Shown piece after piece: positions 43,651 to 56,799 of a stretch of DNA of 64,000 nt. Position 1 is the stretch's first letter, and every line of letters begins with the position of its first letter. This stretch comes from Vicugna vicugna (taxonomy: Eukaryota). The DNA lies in NCBI GenBank assembly GCA_013265495.1, contig MU058769.1:706477-770476 (forward strand), read 5' to 3'. Made by a program: the position numbers and the translations under genes. The notes beneath the pieces are model-generated. The model was not told where the DNA came from. It did not search any database and saw only the letters and a program-made list of their open reading frames with translations.

Positions 43651-45539
43651 GTGTAAAGGGAAAAAATGAAATGTGATTTTCAGAATACCAGCTCCAGCAT
43701 CATAGTAGTTATATAGAAGGGTGGATTTGAGGCTGAAAGACACAGTTTGATAATCAGCACACTCTACTTGCACACAATACAAGAAACTTTGAACCACTTA
43801 ACTTTATTCATCAAAATCCCAATGTATGTTACTGCTTTGGTATGTTTTAATTCCATCTTAATAGTTAAACTCTAGAAGATATTAGCATTATTGTTTTTTT
43901 TCTTTACTGTCAGTGATCATGTAGGATTTTTACCTATTTTTCCACTTCATTCCTTCTTGTATCTCCGACCTTCCATCTAGTATTCCTGCCTTTCCTCTGA
44001 AGTATATCTTTTAGAATTTTCCTTAGTGAGAGTCTGTTGGTTGCAAACTCTCCCCGGGGGGTTTTGTTTTTGTTTGGTCTGGAAATATCTGTATTTTGCC
44101 CTCATCATTGAAAGAGATTTTCACTAGCCATAAAATTCCCGATGGAAGTTATTTTCTTTAATCTCAGTGGAGAGATCATCTGTTGTCTTCTGGCTTCCAT
44201 TGCTGTCATTTGAGAAGTCAGTTCTCCGTCTAACTGCTGCTCCTTTGAAGGTGATCTGTTTCGCTGACTGTTTTAACTTTATTTTTATTGCAGTAAAATA
44301 TACATGCAGTTAAATTCATAAGCCTTATATGTTGTAGGTCAATGAATTTTGACAAATGCCTCCACCTATCCAGTCCAAACTCTGGATGCTTTTAAGATCT
44401 GCTGTTTTTCTTTAATGTAACTCAGTTTCATTGTGATAAGTCTAAGTGTAGACTTCTTTTCATGTATTCTGCTTTAAATCTGGGGGACATTTTGAATCTG
44501 TGGATTTTGTAATTCTCATTAGTTCTAAGATATGCTCAACCATTATCTTTGTTTCATCCTTTCCTTCTCCTTTCAGAACTCTAATCAGATTTCTCACTTT
44601 TCTCTCTATATGCCTTCTTTTCTCTTTCATATTTCTCTCTTTGTTGCTCTGTGTTTCATTTTGGGTAATTTCTTCCAAAGTATTTGCTAGTTCAGTAATC
44701 CTATTTTCAGCTAAATTTAAAACCTCTCTTTGAGTTTTTTAAGAGAGAATTTAAATGGAAAATTTAAAATATTATCAAAAGTAAAGTATAATGAATTTCC
44801 ATGTACTTATCATGCTGCTTCAACTAAAAATATGGTCAATTTTGTTTCATCTGTACTCCCACCACTTCTCCCAGCCTCCCACAGAATTATTTTAATACAA
44901 ATGCCAGTCATTATACTGCTTTATTGGTAAATATACAAGTATGTATCTCTGAGAGATAGGACGAATTTTTTAACATAACCATAATACCATTATTACATCC
45001 AGCAAAATTAACAATATCTTAATATCATATAATATCCAGTCAGTGTGCAAATCTCCCTAATTGACTCATAAAAGTCTTTTTATAGATAGTTTGATTCAGG
45101 ATGTAAACAAGAGCTGTGCATTGCAATTTACTGATAGGTTTCTTAAATCTCTTGTAACGTATAACAGTTGTCTCCCCCTTTTTTGCTTGCAATGTATTTG
45201 TTGAAGAAACTGGAGCATTGATCCTGTTTTATTCTTTTTTTTTTATCTTATTTTATTTTTGATTATATTCCGATAGTGGTGTTTAACACATGGTCCCGTT
45301 TCTCATATTTCCTGTAAACTGGTAGTTATATTTAGAGTATTGTTCTTTTGTTTGTTTGTTTTTAGAGTATTTTTTTTGGCAAAAATCCTTTGTAGATAAA
45401 ACTCTGTACTTCCTATTGTATCCTGTCAAGAAGCACACGATGTCTGGTTGTTCCTCTTTTCATGATATTAAGTTTCATCAGTGTGTGCACATGGTTTCAG
45501 CTTGATTTACCTATAAGCCTCTTAATGTTTCTTTTTATA

Positions 45540-45694
45540 AGTTTTTTAATTTTTCTTTTAATTTTTGGAACTAAGATCATTAGGTCTATTTATTATTATT
45601 ATTATTATTATTTTTAATGGAGGTACTGGGGGTTGAACCCAGGACCTTGTGCATGCTAAGCATGCACTCTACCATTTGAGCTATACCCTCCCCC
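45540..45694 (-). mobile_element. tRNA-derived SINE (Vic-1-like) with (ATT)n tail
   Basis: gaggtactgggggttgaacccaggaccttgtgcatgctaagcatgcactctaccatttgagctataccctcccc. Confidence 0.8.
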
Positions 45695-46461
45695 TTACCT
45701 ACTATTTCTGATAGTCATTGATGACTGTTGCCTAGATCAATTATTTCACTGGGATTGTAAAATGATGAGAGTATTCATCTTATTATTTCTTCTGCTCTTA
45801 TTAGCTCAAACTCTTCTGTGAAGAAAATTACTTCTTAAACTAGTTTCTTTATTCAGTTTTTAATTTAAAACTTTATTCTTTTATTAAACTTTTATTCTTT
45901 AAGTATAGTAAGCATAATTATTTTATAATCTATATCAGGTAATGACACTATCTGAAGTCTTCTTGGCTCAGTTTCTGCTATTGTTTCTTCTGGTTCTCAT
46001 TCATGGTGTCTTATCTCCTTTGTGTTTAGTTATTTTTCATTACGAGTTAACAAACTTTCCTTGGAGAATGTCTTGTAGGAGCTCTTTGGTGCTGGGATGA
46101 AGGGGACAGCTTTCCGGAGTAGATCTGCATTTGCTTCTGCCAAATGCCTGGGGCATTATTCACTCTCCCTCAGGACCACTTAAATCTAAATTTACAGCTT
46201 GAATTATTTTTTAACAATTTAAAGTTTGTGAAATTGGTCTGCAAGATTCTTTAAGGGCCTCCTTGTGATCACAAATTCTCTTCCTCTATTTGGCACTGGG
46301 GTAACCTTCCTCGCAGTTTCCTGGAGCTGGGGAGCTGGGGAGCCGGAGGCAGGCTCGCTGCTGGGACGATCTTCTCTCAGACTTTCCACCTCCAGTGGAC
46401 CTTCTGTCCCTTTCTCGAGAAAAAGTAACAAAAACAAAAACACATCAACAAAGCTCAGATC

Positions 46462-47495
46462 CGTACACTGTTGGTGGGAATGTAAATTGGTATAGCTACT
46501 GTGGAAAACTGTGGAGGTTTCCCAAGAAACTAAAAACAGAACTACAATTATGATCCTGCAATCCTGCTTCTAGGTATATATCCAAAAAAACCCCCCAAAA
46601 ACAATAATTCGAAAAGATGCATGCACCCCAATGTTCACAGCAACATTATTTACAATTGCCAAGATATGCAAACAACCTAGGTGTCCATCAACAGATGACC
46701 GGGGAGGGTATAGCTCAGGTGGTAGAGCACACGCTTAGCATACAAAAGGTACTGGGTTCAATCCCCAGTACCTCCTCTATAAATAAATAAATGATAAATA
46801 AATACCTCCCCCCACCAATATAAATAAATAAATGAATATATGTATAAGACATTTTTTAAAAAATTAAATAAAACAAAAAAACCCCAGATGACTGGATAAA
46901 GAAGATGTGGTGTGTGTATGTATATATGTATCTTCTTTAGTAGTGTATATATATAGTAGTGTTTATATATACACACACACACACAATGGGCTAGTATATA
47001 TACACTACTAAACACTACTAGTTTATATGTATATCATATACACACACCATGGACTGCTACTCAGCCATAAAATAGAATGAAATTCTGCCATTTGCAGCAA
47101 CACGGATAGACTTGAAGGGTATTATGCTAAGCGAAATAAGTCAGACAGAAAAAGACAAATACTGTATGAGATCACTTACACATGGAATCCAAAAATTACA
47201 ACAAGCTAGTGAATATAGCAAAAAAGAAGCAGACTCACAGATACAGAGAACAAACTAGTGGTTACCAGTGGGGGGAGGGAAGTGGGGAGGGACGATATAC
47301 GGGTAGGGAGTTAAGAGGTACAAACTGTTAGGTATAAAATAGGCTACAAGGATGTATTATACAACTTGGGGAATATAGCGCACATTTTATAATAACTATG
47401 AGTGGAGTATAACGTTTAAAAATTGTGAATCACTATATTTTACACCTGCACCTTATATAATATTGTGCATCAACTATACTTCAATTTAAAAAAAG
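46462..47495 (+). mobile_element. LINE-1 3' end (sense) with nested SINE
   Basis: cactgttggtgggaatgtaaattgg...caactatacttcaatttaaaaaaa. Confidence 0.85.
46701..46884 (+). mobile_element. tRNA-derived SINE (Vic-1-like) with TSD cagatgac
   Basis: ggggagggtatagctcaggtggtagagcacacgcttagcatacaaaaggtactgggttcaatccccagtacctcc plus A-rich tail. cagatgac at 46692-46699 and 46885-46892. Confidence 0.85.
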
Positions 47496-47639
47496 AGATC
47501 AAAAGTACATTTTTTAAAAACCTGAGGCTCAGTTCTGTAAGTTTTGTAAGTGCCCTCCAAGCAGAAGTGACTACAAGGTTTTGAATACCTCTCTAGGTTT
47601 CTGACTTCATTTAGATATTGGTCTATCATTTCTTTAAAA

Positions 47640-48435
47640 AAACTTTTTATTGAAGTACAGTCAATGTGTCTATTTCTGGTGTGCAGCACAATGTCCCAGT
47701 CATGCATATACATACATATACTTGTTTTCGTATTCTTTTTCATTAAAGGTTATTACAAGATATTGAACATAGTTTCCTGTGGTATACAGAAGAAATCTTT
47801 TTAATCTGTTTCTATATATAGTGACTAACATTTGTAAATCTCAAACTCCCAGATTTATCCCTTCCCACCCTCTTTCCCCAGTAACCATAAGATTGTTTAC
47901 TATGTCTGCAAGTCTGTTTCTGTTTTGTAGATGAATTCATAGTGTCCTTTTTTTCTTTTTTTCTTTTTTTTTTTTAGATTCCACATATGAGTGATATCAT
48001 ATTGATATCATATTTGTCTTTCTCTTTCTGGCTTACTTCACTTAGAATGACCATCTGTATGTCCATCCATGTTGCTGCAAATGGCATTATTTTATCCTTT
48101 TTTTAATGTCTGAGTAGTATTCTATTGTATAAATATACCACAACTTTTTTATACAATCATCTGTCCATGGACATTTAGGTTCCTTCCGTGTTTTGGCTAT
48201 TGTAAATAGTGCTGCTATGAACATTGGGGTTCGTGTATCTTTTCGAATTAAAGTTCCCTCCAGATATATACCCAGAAGTGGAATTGCTGCATCATATGGT
48301 AAGTCTGTTTTTAGTTTTTTGAGGAATCTCCATACTGGTTTCCATAACCAAATTGCATTCCCACCAGCAGTGTAGGAGGGTCCCCTTTTCTCAACGCCCT
48401 CTCCAGCATTTATCGCTCGTGGCCTTTTGAATGAT
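47640..48435 (-). mobile_element. LINE-1 3' end, antisense
   Basis: tttttattgaagtacagtc...tagattccacatatgagtgatatc...cccaccagcagtgtaggaggg. Confidence 0.85.
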
Positions 48436-49086
48436 TTGGCCTATTAATTCTTTACTGCCTTGTTAGCTTTACCATGATTTTAAGAAGGAAGATAATTCTA
48501 TTTCACCCAGCATTTTAATTTGTTTTTAGTGTGAGGATAACCAGCCATGCTGAAGAAAACAGAAGTCTGTTTAGCTTTTTCAGCACAACTTTTTATTTTC
48601 ATTGGAATTAATGTCTTTTCCCCCCTTAACTCTCTACATACTTATAACTAGTATATCCCCAAGCTCTCCTCTGGTTAATCAAATCTGTTCTCAATACATT
48701 CAGATGCATTAGGTATTCTATCAATTTTATTTCCTAAAGAAATCACTCCCAAGCCCTTCTGAACTGCTCTCGTCTTGATGAATTGATCTTTAGTCCCGCC
48801 CTACAACTTGGGACCTCCCTTCAGCATTGCCCTGGGGATTCCGTTTGTTTCTCTTTTGTGCTGGATACCTATTTTTTGCATTTCATACCTTTCTCTCTTT
48901 TGACTAACTTATTTGTCTTGGTATAACAAATCCTCTCCTATCTTTCTGAAAAACAATGCATGGAATATCCGTATTTTGAGAACTTTCATATCTGAAATTA
49001 TCTTTATTCTGGACTAATAATTAAGTCATAGTTTGGCTGTGCGTAGAATTCTAGGTTGGAAATAATTTTCTTCAAAATTTTGAAGC

Positions 49087-50069
49087 CAACCTATGGAATA
49101 AGAGAAAATATTTGCAAATGATGCTACTGACAACGGCTTGATTTCCAGAACATACAAGCAGCTCATACAACTCAAGAACAAAAAAACCAAAAAACCTAAT
49201 CAAAAAGTGGGCAGAAGACCTAAACAAACATTTCTCCAATGAAGAAATACAAATGGTCAATAGGCACATGAAAAACTGCTCAATATCACAAATTATCAGA
49301 GAAATGCAAATCAAAACTACAATGATGTATCACCTCACCTGGATCAGAATAGCCTTCATTAAAATGTCCACAAATGATAAAAGCTGGAGAGGGTGTGGAG
49401 AAAAGGGACCCCTCCTACACTGTTGGTGGGAATGTAATTTGGTGCAGCCATTATGGAAAACAGTATGGAGATTCCTTAAAAAACTAAAAACAGACTTACC
49501 ATATGATCCAGCAATTCCCCTCCTGGGCATATGTCCGGAGGAAACTCTAATTTGAAAAAATCCTTGCCCCCCAATGTTCATAGCAGCACTATATACAATA
49601 GCCAAGACATGGAAACAGCCTAAATGTCCACTGACAGATGACTGGATAAAGAAGTTGCGGTATATATACACAATGGAACACTCTTCAGTCATAAAAAAAA
49701 AAAGAATAAAATAATGCCATTTGCAGCAACATGGATGGAACTGGAAATTGTCATACTAAGTGAAGTAAGCCACAAAGAGAAAGACAAATACCATATGATA
49801 TCACTTATATGTGGAATCTAAAATAATGACACAAATGAACTTATTTACAAACCAGAAATAGACTCATAGACATAGAAAACAAACTCATGGTTACCATCGG
49901 GGAATGGAGGGAGGGGGTGGAGGGATAAATTGGGAGTTCAGGATTTGTAGATACTAACTTCTATATATAAAATAAACAACAAGGTCCTTCTGTATAGCAT
50001 AGTGAACTATATTCAATACCTTGTAATAGCCTATAATGAAAAAGAATATGAAAAGGAATATGTATGAAA
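49087..50069 (+). mobile_element. 5'-truncated LINE-1 (sense) with 13-bp TSD
   Basis: ORF2 C-terminal peptide ([19 protein letters not shown]...HCWWEC). aaaattttgaagc at 49074-49086 and 50070-50082. Confidence 0.9.
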
Positions 50070-50294
50070 AAAATTTTGAAGCAATTTCTTTATTGTCTAC
50101 CTTACGGTGTTGATGGATTGATAAGCCTAATGCTGTTCTGATTTTTGATCCGCGACTGCAACTGGTTCTTTTTCTCTGGAAGCTTTTAGAATTGTTCATC
50201 TATGTGCAGTGTTCTGAAATTCTATAATCATGGGTCTTGTGGGCCTGATTTGTTTTGCTATCGGTGTGCCCTTTCTTTCTTTCTATGAATATGC

Positions 50295-50422
50295 CTTTAT
50301 TTGGGGGGGGTAGTAATTAGGTTTATTTATTTACTTACTTTTTCTTGGAGGTACTGGGGATTGAACCCATGACCTCATGCATGCTAAACACACACTACAC
50401 CACTGAGCTATACCCTCCTCCC
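50295..50422 (-). mobile_element. tRNA-derived SINE (Vic-1-like)
   Basis: gaggtactggggattgaacccatgacctcatgcatgctaaacacacactacaccactgagctataccctc. Confidence 0.75.
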
Positions 50423-51294
50423 AGAGGACCCTTTCAATTTGGAGATTCAGTTCTTCATTTCAAAGTAATACTTCAAACTAATTTCCATAATATTTCTTCC
50501 CTTCTGAGTCTCTGTTCTTTCCTGGAACTCTCGTTATTCAGATGTTCAACCTTCTGGACTGACCCTTTGCTTTTTATTAATTTTCTCCTAAAGAAGGGCA
50601 AATCTGATTTTCAACTTTATCCTCCAGTCTTTCTATTGAATTTTTATTTCTGCTATCATGGTTTTGATTTCCAAGAGCTCTTTTTTTCTTTCCTGAATAA
50701 TAGTTACTTTTTAAATAGTTTCCTGTTGCTATTTTATGCACACAATATATTTTCTCTTTGAGGATATTAAGGATGGCTTTTTGATTTTATTTTTAAGCTG
50801 TTGTTTCTCCCTTGCAATTAGTTTCCTCTAAATTGCTTTTGCTTTTGTTCTTTTTGCTTGTTTTGGTTTCTTCCTTGTATACTAAAGACTTTCCTTAAAT
50901 GTCTAATGATTTTTGTCTATCTGCTTATATTTTAGAGTGAGGACCGTAAAAAGCTGATTGGAAATATTGTGTGAGGCTGGGGCGCATAGGCCAAGGGCTT
51001 AATAGCTCCTACAACGTTGCCGCTGTTGTCTCCTTTCCCTTTCCCTTTGTTCTTACGTGGCCTGGTGGATAATAGGGGCATTCACCACTCTCTCTTGCCA
51101 GCCAAGCCCCCAGTCTTTCACTGGAAGCTCCCATTATTTCTTGAGGATAATTTTATTGTAAGATAACTGCAGGATCGTGTAGAAAGGTTATGACACAAAT
51201 TACCAGACTGCCTTAAAGTTGTATGTACATATGAAAAGAGGAATGCTATTATATAATAATTGTTTGTTTTGCAACAAATATTAAGTAGCTCTTA

Positions 51295-51721
51295 GGAGTA
51301 CTGCGTGCACGCACCCATTGGCCTCAACCCTCCTCCTGGCGGCGGCCGGATATAATACAAGAAATGACTTAAAAAGTAATTAGAAGAGATGCGCACAACT
51401 ACCGGCCGAAAACCGAAGGGAACTGCATAACGAGGCCCAGCGCCTAGACCGCGCCTCTCTGGAACTGGGAGAGGGTGGGAGGGGGTCCAACCTCGCTGCC
51501 GATTGGTCGGCCCCTCTGGCCAATCACGAGCAGCGAGTGGTTTTGCTAATCGTTGTGATCTACCTCCTCGTGGGCTTCGGAGCCACGTTGGCAAATGGGA
51601 ATAGGGTACGTGAAAGAGACAGACATTTAGCCAATGAGACCTTGGGGCGTTAATGGGCGGGGTGAGGCCGCCGCCAGGTTTAGGGCGGAAGAAGTTGTTC
51701 TGGTTAGAAGGGGAACGAAAG
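51295..51721 (+). promoter_or_regulatory. CpG-rich promoter/5' UTR of OS9 with CCAAT boxes, a GC box and a GCCACGT element
   Basis: ATTGG/CCAAT at ~51316, ~51502, ~51520 and ~51631; GCCACGT at 51582-51588; GGGCGGGG at ~51655. Confidence 0.65.
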
Positions 51722-53898
51722 ATGGCGGCGGAAACGCTGCTGTCCAGTCTGCTGGGGCTGCTGCTCCTGGGGCTCCTGCTACCCGCGAGTCTGACCGGCG
51801 GTGTCGGCAGCCTGAACCTAGAGGAGCTGAGTGAGATGCGTTATGGGATCGAGATCCTGCCGTTGCCTGTCATGGGAGGGCAGGTGAGGTGGCGTAGAGA
51901 GGCAAGGGTCCGGGGCCGAAGGGGAAGGGGGGGAAGGCAGAGGAAGAAGAGCAGCTGTGGAGTCTGGCGGGAGCCTAAGGGGAATCGGAAAGAGTAAGCA
52001 GGGGTGTTATGAGGACTCCTCAGGATCGCAGACTGAGACCCATTCCCTTGGGGCCAGGGACTGGGAGGGGTGGGGTTTCCCGCTGTCAGCTTCGGGTTCC
52101 AGTTCCTGATCGAAACACCCAGACTCCTCCTCCGTGGAGAAGCAGAAGTGCCCTCTCCCCTCACCCACCGAACACAGCTGGAGGACTTCTGGCTCACTCT
52201 GTCTTGACTGGGCTCTTCCCTAGAATGTGAAGAGGGATCTCGTTGTTCTCCCTGGTCCCAGCTTCTCTTTGCCTCCCTGCCCCCCGACCCCCACTTCTTT
52301 CCCAGAGCCAAGCTTCGGACGTGGTGATTGTCTCCTCTAAGTACAAACAGCGCTATGAATGTCGCCTGCCAGCTGGAGCTATTCACTTCCAGCGTGAAAG
52401 GGAGGAGGAGGCACCTGCTTATCAAGGGCCTGGGATCCCTGAATTGTTGAGCCCAATGAAAGATGCCCCCTGCTTGCTGAAGGTGAAAGGGAATGGGCTG
52501 GAGGGAATGAGGGTTTGGGAACCACCTTTCTATCTGGGAATCAGAGTGCCTGTGAGTGAGGAGTGGTTGGGAGGACCTGTGGGAGTTAAGAAGGCTGTTG
52601 GAGTAGGCATATTGTACAGACAGGAAAGAAGCAAAGAATCTTGTAACCGCTGATGACACTTTGCTGAATGTAGAGGAAGGTTATGATAAGAAATCTCAGA
52701 ACGAAGGTTAAGCTAAGATTGAGGTGCCTAAAGAGGGTCAGTGTGGGTCAGGAGGGACCCTCCCCTAGAGAAGCCTTTCTGGTCGTCACCCACTCCCCTC
52801 TCACACGCTGCACGGTATACTATTTTGTTTTCATCATGGCGCTTTTCGTGATCTGAAATCATCTTATTAACTGAGTCATCAGTTTATTTATTTTTGGTTT
52901 GACTCCTAGCACTAGAATGGTAATCCGTGAGGTCAGAGAATTTACCTTGTTCATAGCTGTATCCCCAGTGGCTAGAACAGTCCAAGGAATTCCAATTAAT
53001 ATTTTCAATATTCTATGTTTCCCTGGTCTGAGTGTTTCAGGGATATCATGATTTTGTATCTCTATGGACAACAAAGAAGGATTTATTTAAAAGTCTTTGA
53101 AAAAAGAGGAGTGGAAAACCCACAGATGAAAATCAGTTAGGTTGTAGAGGTGTCTCCTCAAGTCACAGAAGGCAAACAGCCCTCCCTCCTCACAGAGAGT
53201 CTGGAGGATTGAGTGTGGAAGCCGAGGCTGATGAGAAGCAGATGAGAGGTTGTGGGTCTTGGAGCCAGCGGGGATTTCTGGTTCCAAGAAGAGACATCTG
53301 CACTGCACCCCCCCGATTGTTCATTTTCTAATTGTCAGACCAAGGACTGGTGGACATATGAATTCTGTTACGGACGCCACATCCAGCAGTACCACATGGA
53401 AGGTGACTCCCATCTACATTTTCCCTATGCCCTCAGCAACCTGTCATGGAAGGTGACCTGCCCCCTGCCCCAAGTCCCCTTCCCTCCTGGCCCTCTGAAA
53501 ACAGGGTAACGATGCTTCGCTGTACTTTCTCTTGCAGATTCAGAGATCAAAGGTGAAGTCCTCTATCTTGGCTACTACCAATCGGCCTTCGACTGGGACG
53601 ATGAAACAGCCAAGGTGGCAGAAGTGTGGGATTGGTAGAGAAAGGGGTCCAGGCTGCAGACTGAAAGCCCTGACCAGAAGGGGAGGGTCAGGAGTAGCTC
53701 ACGTGCTTCTTGGGGCTTGGTGGCCGTTAGAACAAAGTGCTCTCTGTCCTCCTTGCTGTCTTTCTCATGCCCCTCCCTCCTGCCTGATGTCCTCCCTAGG
53801 CCTCCAAGCAGCATCGCCTGAAACGCTACCACAGCCAGACCTATGGCAATGGGTCCAAGTGCGACCTCAATGGAAGGCCCCGGGAGGCCGAAGTTAGG
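51722..53898 (+). CDS. OS9: OS-9 ER lectin (ERAD; MRH domain), exons 1-5 (193 aa); gene continues beyond the window
   Basis: Exons 51722-51883, 52306-52482, 53339-53402, 53538-53614, 53800-53898 (579 nt, GT-AG, phases consistent). Signal peptide MAAETLLSSLLGLLLLGLLLPASLTG. MRH-domain motifs CLLKTKDWWTYEFCYGRHIQQYH and YHSQTYGNGSKCDLNGRPREAEVR. Confidence 0.96.
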
Positions 53899-54650
53899 GT
53901 GAGTCTTGGGAGAGGGAAGTTGACACTCTCCGGTGGTAACTCAGATTCTAAGGGAAGAGGGCAGGGTTGCTTTTATAGTCAAGAGTGTCTCTCCCAGATT
54001 CTAAATCCTATGTTTAATACTCATATTTCCAACTTCCCATCACTGCCTGGATTTTCAGAGGCACTTCAGGTCAATATTTCTCAAATCCTCCCGTCTGAAC
54101 CCAGAGTCACACCTTTTTCCATGTTTCTCCTTTCTGTCACCTAAGCTGGAAACCTGGGTGTCATTATTGACTCTTCCTTCTCCTTCACTTTGTCCTCCTT
54201 TCTTCATTTAATGACTCTTCAGTGGGGTGGTGCTGATGTAGTTTATTGGGCTCTGGCCTGGGGATACAGTGGTGGGCAGGCATGCAGCCCTACCCTCATG
54301 GCCTGCAGTCTGGAGAGGGAGACAGATGTGAAAAGAGTCACAGAAGTGAGCCTGCGATTACAAACAGAGAAATGATATGGAGGAACATAACCTAGTTTTC
54401 TCAGAGTAAATAACAAAGCCCATTGATTCTACTTCTGGATTTCTCGTACAACTCTTCCTTCCTTTGTTTGGTACCTTCCTCTCTCATCTCCATCACTGCC
54501 AGCAGCCTCTTAAGTGTTCCTGATCTAGTGGTCCTTAACTGAGGTCAGGCAGGCAGATGGATGGGGGGATAAGTTCCTCAGGTGATTCTAATGTGTATTC
54601 ACAAGCACACACCCCTGCAGAGAACCACACAACACAAGAATTATCTTTCT

Positions 54651-56763
54651 TTTTTTTATTGATTTATAATCATTTTACAATGTTGTGTCAAATTCCAGTG
54701 TAGAGCACAATTTTTCAGTTATACATGAACATATATATATGTTCATTGTCACATTTTTTTCTCTGTGAGTTACCATAAGATCTTGTGTATATTTCCCTGT
54801 GCTATATAGTATAACCTTGTTTATCTATTCTGCAATTTTAAAATCCCGTCTATCCCTTCCCACCCTCCGCCCCCTTGGCAGCCACAAGTTTGTATTCTAT
54901 GTCTATGAGTCTGTTTCTGTATTTATGCTTTGTTTTTGTTTTTGTTTTTGTTTTTGTTTTTGTTTTTGTTTAGATTCCACATATGAGTGATCTCATATGG
55001 TATTTTTCTTTCTCTTTCTGGCTTACTTCACTTAGAATGACATTCTCCAGGAACATCCATGTTGCTGCAAATGGTGTTATATTGTCAGTTTTTATGGCTG
55101 AGTAGTATTCCATTGTATAAATATACCACATCCTCTTTATCCAGTCATCCATTGATGAACATTAAGGCTGTTTCCATGTCTTGGCTATTGTAAATAGTGC
55201 TGCTATGAACATTGGGGTGTAGGTGTCATCCTGAAGTAGGGTTCCTTCTGGATATATGCCCAGGAGCGGGATTCCTGGGTCATACGGTAAGTCTATTCCT
55301 AGTCTTTTGAGGAATCTCCATACTGTTTTCCACAGTGGCTGCACCAAACCACATTCCCACCAGCAGTGTAGGAGGGTTCCCCTTTCTCCACAGCCTCTCC
55401 AGCATTTGTCGTTTGTGGATTTTTGAATGATGGCCATTCTGGCTGGTATGAGGTGATACCTCATTGTAGTTTTGATCTGCATTTCTCTGATAATTAGTGA
55501 TACTGAGCATTTTTTCATGTGCCTATTGATCATTTGTATGTCTTCCTTGGAGAATTGCTTGTTTAGGTCTTTTGCCCATTTTTGGATTGGGTTGTTTGAT
55601 TGTTTCTTATTAAGTCGTATGAGCTGCTTATATATTCTGGAGATCAAGCCTTTGTCGGTTTCACTTGTAAAAATTTTCTCCCAGATGTAGGTTGTCTTTT
55701 TGTTTTACTTAAGGTTTCCTTTGCTGTTCAGAAGCTTGTAAGTTTAATTAGGTCCCATTTGTTTATTCTTGCTTTTATTTCTATTGCTTGAGTAGACTGT
55801 TCTAGGAGAACATTTTTGAGATGTATGTCAGATAATGTTTTGCCTATATTTTCTTCTAGGAGGTTTATTGTATCTTGTCTTATGTTTAAGTCTTTGATCC
55901 ATTTTGAGTTTATTTTTGTGTATGNNNNNNNNNNNNNNNNNNNNNNNNNNNNNNNNNNNNNNNNNNNNNNNNNNNNNNNNNNNNNNNNNNNNNNNNNNNN
56001 NNNNNNNNNNNNNNNNNNNNNNNNNNNNNNNNNNNNNNNNNNNNNNNNNNNNNNNNNNNNNNNGTGGGTTCATTTCTGGGCTCTCTATTCTCTTCCATTG
56101 GTCTATATGTCTGTTTTGGTACCAATACCATGCTGTCTTGATGACTGTAGCTCTGTAGTATTGTCTGAAGTCTGGGAGAGTTATTCCTCCAGCCTCTTTC
56201 TTTCTCTTCAGTAATGCTTCGGCAATTCTAGGTCTTTGATGGTTCCATATAAATTTTATTATGATTTGTTCTAGTTCTGTGAACTATGTCCTGGGTGATT
56301 TGATAGGGGTTGCATTAAATCTGTAGAGTGCCTTGGGCAGTGTGACCATTTTAACAATATTTATTCTTCCAATCCAAGAGCATGGGCTATCTTTCCATTT
56401 TTTAAAGTCTTCTTTAATTTCCTTCATCAGTGGTTTATAGTTTTCTGTGTATAATTCTCTCACCTCCTTGGTTAGATTTATTCCTAGGTATTTTATTACT
56501 CTGGGTGCTATTTTAAAGGGGATTGTTTCTTTACTTTCTTCTTCTGTTGATTTGTTGGTAGTGTAAAGAAATGCAACTGATTTTTGAACGTTAATCTTGT
56601 AGCCTGCTACCTTGCTGAATTCTTTGATCAGCTCTAGTAGTTTTTGTGTGGACCTTTTAGGGTTTTCTATATATAGTAACATGTCGTTGGCATATAGTGA
56701 CACTTTTACCTCTTCTTTTCCAATTTGGATCCCTTTTATTTCTCTCTCTTGCCTGACTGCTGT
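54651..56763 (-). mobile_element. Young 5'-truncated LINE-1 in OS9 intron 5, antisense, perfect 15-bp TSD
   Basis: aagaattatctttct at 54636-54650 and 56764-56778. Long open ORF2 stretches (55162-55647 and 56284-56760). Contains the assembly gap 55925-56063. Confidence 0.92.
55925..56063. other. Assembly gap (139 N)
   Basis: Run of N. The flanks are collinear L1 ORF2 sequence. Confidence 0.99.
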
Positions 56764-56799
56764 AAGAATTATCTTTCTGTAACACAGATTTGCACATTT

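Noticed and set aside
46701..46775. tRNA-like sequence with A and B boxes
   Set aside because: Has an A-rich tail, a TSD and several diverged copies in the window, so it is a SINE head and not a tRNA gene.
51841..52659. 272-aa minus-strand ORF antisense to OS9 exons 1-2
   Set aside because: No protein-like features; explained by GC content and overlap with real exons.
55816..56214. ORFs spanning the X-run
   Set aside because: Artefacts of translating through the N gap inside an L1.
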